A stretch of DNA of 41,357 nt, taken from Ginsengibacter sp. (GTDB taxonomy: Bacteria > Bacteroidota > Bacteroidia > Chitinophagales > Chitinophagaceae). Position numbers and translations under genes: made by a program. Each line of letters opens with the position of its first letter. Within the stretch, counting starts at the first letter, position 1. The notes below the pieces were generated by a model, which did no database searches, had not been told where the DNA came from, and was given only the letters and a program-made list of their open reading frames with translations. Location: NCBI GenBank assembly GCA_039935555.1, contig JBDTKB010000320.1, positions 1-41,357 of the forward strand, read 5' to 3'. This document shows positions 37,531 to 41,357 of the stretch, piece after piece.

Positions 37531-39024
37531 TTATTTAAATTTTTGTAAAATATCCGTTACCGTATCCTGGGTCAAATGCAAAACGGGACCCGGATAAATT
37601 CCTAATATTATAATCGCGGCCACAATAACTGATAACGTAAATTTTTGGCCACCACTGATTGAGCCTACATTTTCAGTAATGGAATTTGTATTGCCGAAAA
37701 AAACTTTTTGCACCATGTTCAACATGTACGTTGCTGAAAGTATAATGCTGATGCAGGCAAATACTGCCATCCATTTATTGTATTCAAATAAACCAGTGAA
37801 CATTAAAAATTCCCCAACGAAACCGTTGGTAAGAGGAAGCCCGATATTCGCCAAAACTATTATTATAAAGAAGGTGGTTAATGTAGAGGATTTGGTCGCA
37901 AGGCCTCCGAGTTCGGATATCTTTCTAATACCTGTTTTCTTTTCAATTATATCTACAACAATCCACAAGGCAATAATATTAATACCGTGATTAAGCATTT
38001 CCAGCATAACACCTTGCAAGCTTGTATTATTGCGGGCAAAAATACCTGCTCCCATTAAACCGATATGTGCAATAGAAGACCATGCAACGATTCGTTTGAG
38101 ATCCGTTTGAGACAAAGCAATGATACTGGCGTAAAGAATACCTATAATACACATTACCAGAATGATCGTATCATTTTTTTCAACTGCCTCCGGAAATATA
38201 GGAAGTAACCAGCGAAGCATTCCAAATATGCCCATTTTAACCATGATGCCACTTAATACCATCACGGTAGAATCGGAGGATTGCTCGTAAAGGTCTGGCT
38301 GCCACGAATGGAAAGGAAAAATGGGCATCTTAACGGCAAAGGCCGCAAAGAATAACCAAAAGACCATGTTTTGCTGACTTGCATCAAGCGTAGCGCTATA
38401 GAAAGATTTTATATAAAATGAATGTTCAGAAAGTGCGGTTACGGGCGGCGTATGCAGGTATACAAACATTATCCCAATGAGCATGAGCAAGGAACTAACG
38501 AATGTATAAATGAAGAATTTAAAAGTGACACGAATCCGAAATTCACCGCCCCACCTGCTGCAAAGAAAATACATGGGAATTAAAGCCAGCTCCCAGAAAA
38601 AATAAAAGACCAACGCATCCATCGCAACAAAAACACCCATGAGGCCAGCCTGCACTAATAACATTAATCCATAATAAACATTTGCATTTGGATACTCACG
38701 TTTATACGTAGCCGCAAATACCAGCGGAAAAGAAAAGGCAGTAAGAAAAGTTAGCAAAAAGCCCATGCCATCCATACCTACGCTAAAACTGGAACCTATA
38801 TAAGGCAACCAAACGTAACTAACATTATTATAGGTTGCATATTCAGGATGGTGAACAAAGTCAGTATAGCACAAGCTTATAATTGACACTACCAAAGTTG
38901 CTACGGAAGAAAACAGCGCAAAATTTTTAACAGCTTTCGGGCTCTTTATAAAAAAAATAATTATGCCGGTGACCAGGGGAATCCAAAGCAGCAGTTCAGG
39001 AAATGTATAATAAGTACCCAGCAT
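37531..39024 (-). CDS. nuoM: NADH-quinone oxidoreductase subunit M
   Basis: FYFFWELALIPMYF, KFFIYT, FAVKMPIFPFHSWQP, KMGIFG, GLPLTNGFVGEF. Confidence 0.95.
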   Translation of the reverse strand: MLGTYYTFPELLLWIPLVTGIIIFFIKSPKAVKNFALFSSVATLVVSIISLCYTDFVHHPEYATYNNVSYVWLPYIGSSFSVGMDGMGFLLTFLTAFSFPLVFAATYKREYPNANVYYGLMLLVQAGLMGVFVAMDALVFYFFWELALIPMYFLCSRWGGEFRIRVTFKFFIYTFVSSLLMLIGIMFVYLHTPPVTALSEHSFYIKSFYSATLDASQQNMVFWLFFAAFAVKMPIFPFHSWQPDLYEQSSDSTVMVLSGIMVKMGIFGMLRWLLPIFPEAVEKNDTIILVMCIIGILYASIIALSQTDLKRIVAWSSIAHIGLMGAGIFARNNTSLQGVMLEMLNHGINIIALWIVVDIIEKKTGIRKISELGGLATKSSTLTTFFIIIVLANIGLPLTNGFVGEFLMFTGLFEYNKWMAVFACISIILSATYMLNMVQKVFFGNTNSITENVGSISGGQKFTLSVIVAAIIILGIYPGPVLHLTQDTVTDILQKFK

Positions 39025-39029
39025 TAAAT

Positions 39030-40958
39030 TTATTTTGTAAACAATTGAATAATTAATAATAATAATAAACCAATAACCATCAATAAAATATAACTTCCTA
39101 CAAAGCCACTTTGCAGAAACCTTATTTGCCTGCTGCTGTAGTTGATGCCTTTGCCAACTCCGTTAACCAGCGCATCAAGGCCAGATTTTTCGACAACATT
39201 GCCCAGAAACCGGGAAAACCCTTTCAATGGCCTAACGATAATACTATCATATATTTCATCAACATAAAATTTATTTTCAATTGCTTTTGTAAAAGCACCT
39301 GCCTCTTCAGTTCCTTCCTGATAATTTTTATACTTCTTCCACGCCCAAATGCAAACAAATAAAATAAGCAAAGAAGATACAGCCATCAAAATGATTTCAA
39401 GCTGGGGCGAAGTGGTGCCAGCGGTCAACAATTTATTGGAGTCTGCAAATACCGGTGACAAAAAATCGCCCAGGGAATTTCCATTTTTTACAAAGATTTC
39501 CGGTATGCCAACAAAGCCGCCAATAGCTGAAAGAACCGCAAGACAAATAAGCGGAAAAGTAATTGCAGACGGGCTTTCATGCAGGTGATGCAACTGCTCG
39601 TCAGTACCGCGAAATTTACCGGCAAACGTAAGAGCCAATAAACGAAACATATAAAATGCGGTAAGCAACGCTCCTGCTACGCCAACAATATAAAATAACG
39701 GGTTATCAGAATAGGCGGCAGCCAGAATTTCGTCTTTGGAAAAGAAGCCTGAGAAAGGAGGCAATCCTGCAATAGCCAGGCAGGCGATAAAAAATGTGAC
39801 GTAAGTGATCTTCATTTTTTTGCCGAGGCCACCCATTTTTCTAATGTCCTGTTCGCCGCCCATGGCATGTATTACCGAACCAGCTCCAAGAAATAAAAGC
39901 GCTTTAAAAAATGCATGCGTCATCACATGAAAAACGGCAGCAGAATATGCACCGACGCCAAGCCCAAGAAACATATAACCAAGTTGACTAACCGTAGAAT
40001 ACGCCAGTACTTTTTTAATATCATTTTGTTTTAACGCAATTATCGCCGCAAATATAGCAGTAGCTAATCCTACAATGGCGACGATCGACATAGTAAATGG
40101 CGCCATTGTATAAATAATGTTGCTCCGCGCGATCATGTATATTCCCGCAGTAACCATCGTGGCGGCATGAATTAATGCGGAAACAGGCGTAGGGCCCGCC
40201 ATTGCATCTGGTAGCCATGTGTACAATGGAATCTGCGCGCTCTTTCCGGTTGCACCCATAAAAAGCAACAAACTAATCCCAATTAAAACGGGGGAATTTT
40301 TTACAGTTATAACAGAAAGTATCCCCGTTTGAGCATCAAATAAATTGTGGTAGGAAGTTGTACCGAATGTATTTATCAGCCAAAATATTCCGAGGATGAA
40401 TCCAAGGTCGCCGATACGGTTCATAATAAATGCTTTTTTTGCAGCATTATTAAAATTGTCATTTTTAAACCAAAAACCAATTAATAAATAAGAACACAAT
40501 CCAACACCTTCCCAACCCATAAACATAATTACATAATTACCTCCCAATACCAGTAAAAGCATTGAGAAAACAAAAAGGTTCAGGAAAGAAAAATATCTTG
40601 CATAACCAGCCTGGTCTTCATCCTTCATGTAAGAGGTGGAATAAACATGAATGAGAAATCCTACGCCAGTAATAATAAGAAGGAAAACTGAAGTAAGCTG
40701 ATCGATTTGAAACTCAAAAGGTATATTGAGCTTACTGATGTTTATAAAAGAAAAGTAATCAATATTTTGGGGAGTGAATCCTTCTTTGGAAACATTTATA
40801 AAAACAAGAATGCTTAAGCAAAAGGATATAAAAATAACGAGGCTGCCAATAAATCCTGTAACGGACTTTGAAATAAATTTTCTCCCCAAACCATTGATCA
40901 AAAACCCAAGCAGAGGAAATAAAGGAATTAAATAAGCTACATCAAATATATTAATCAT
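39030..40958 (-). CDS. nuoL: NADH-quinone oxidoreductase subunit L
   Basis: GWEGVGLCSYLLIGFW, NRIGD, GKSAQIPL.TWLPDAMAGPTPVSALIHAATMV, YSTVSQLG, HAFFKALLFL. Confidence 0.97.
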   Translation of the reverse strand: MINIFDVAYLIPLFPLLGFLINGLGRKFISKSVTGFIGSLVIFISFCLSILVFINVSKEGFTPQNIDYFSFINISKLNIPFEFQIDQLTSVFLLIITGVGFLIHVYSTSYMKDEDQAGYARYFSFLNLFVFSMLLLVLGGNYVIMFMGWEGVGLCSYLLIGFWFKNDNFNNAAKKAFIMNRIGDLGFILGIFWLINTFGTTSYHNLFDAQTGILSVITVKNSPVLIGISLLLFMGATGKSAQIPLYTWLPDAMAGPTPVSALIHAATMVTAGIYMIARSNIIYTMAPFTMSIVAIVGLATAIFAAIIALKQNDIKKVLAYSTVSQLGYMFLGLGVGAYSAAVFHVMTHAFFKALLFLGAGSVIHAMGGEQDIRKMGGLGKKMKITYVTFFIACLAIAGLPPFSGFFSKDEILAAAYSDNPLFYIVGVAGALLTAFYMFRLLALTFAGKFRGTDEQLHHLHESPSAITFPLICLAVLSAIGGFVGIPEIFVKNGNSLGDFLSPVFADSNKLLTAGTTSPQLEIILMAVSSLLILFVCIWAWKKYKNYQEGTEEAGAFTKAIENKFYVDEIYDSIIVRPLKGFSRFLGNVVEKSGLDALVNGVGKGINYSSRQIRFLQSGFVGSYILLMVIGLLLLLIIQLFTK

Positions 40959-41005
40959 AAATACTACCAGTATAATTAGAAAAGAAAATAAATCCTTCTC
41001 CCGGT

Positions 41006-41332
41006 TTAGTTTTTAAGCCTGTTCAAAAAGTTTATATCAATTGATCTTGTATTTCTGTACATCATCACTATTATCGCCAGCCCCACACTTACTTCTGCCG
41101 CAGCAACTATCATTATAAAGAAAACAAATATCTGCGCGTTCATGGCCGCAGTTGCATCCAATACTCTTCCGGCAATGTGCATTTTTGAAAAACCTACCAA
41201 CAATAAATTAACTGAATTGAGCATGAGTTCAATACACATAAACACAATAATAGAATTTCGCCTGGTAAGCGCGCCCACAACGCCTATACAAAATAAGGCG
41301 ACCGATAAAAAGATGTACCATTTAATTTCCAT
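41006..41332 (-). CDS. nuoK: NADH-quinone oxidoreductase subunit K
   Basis: RRN.I..FMCIELMLN.VNL, AAAEV.VGLAI. Confidence 0.95.
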   Translation of the reverse strand: MEIKWYIFLSVALFCIGVVGALTRRNSIIVFMCIELMLNSVNLLLVGFSKMHIAGRVLDATAAMNAQIFVFFIMIVAAAEVSVGLAIIVMMYRNTRSIDINFLNRLKN

Positions 41333-41357
41333 GCTTATAACTTTACCAACAAATATT

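Noticed and set aside
108-40218. Numerous short ORFs antisense to or overlapping long genes in the supplied track (e.g. 108-365, 4885-5232, 31790-32161, 37027-37497)
   Set aside because: Shadow ORFs of well-supported genes; no recognisable motifs.
41333-41357. Possible 3' end of nuoJ or an N-terminal extension of nuoK
   Set aside because: Only 25 nt visible; the frame cannot be determined.

Overview
AT-rich chromosomal window from a Bacteroidota bacterium, probably Chitinophagaceae. This is inferred from gene content and TAnnTTTG-type -7 promoter elements. The + strand half (1-27284) is largely accessory. It holds a 5'-truncated, catalytically degenerate type I R-M HsdM homologue fused to a basic tandem repeat, a TM helix and an SH3-like tail. 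It also has a DUF2911 protein, a collagen-like lipoprotein and an mprF-like/acvB(virJ)-like pair. A ~12 kb co-oriented signalling island follows: catalase-like heme protein, NTF2 protein, PAS protein, MBL hydrolase, CBM-TPR histidine kinase, REC, REC-adenylate cyclase and a pseudokinase-AAA-TPR-GAF-adenylate cyclase. After it come an FAD/Fe-S oxidoreductase and a Crp/Fnr + TauE + persulfide dioxygenase-rhodanese sulfur cluster with two identically positioned CRP-like boxes. The - strand half (27281-41357) is mostly housekeeping: saccharopine/lysine dehydrogenase, a GH16 lipoprotein, mnmE, exbB-exbD-exbD-tonB, an ABC permease and nuoKLMN. No rRNA, tRNA, CRISPR array or mobile element was recognised. 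All family assignments come from motif recognition by eye, not database searches.
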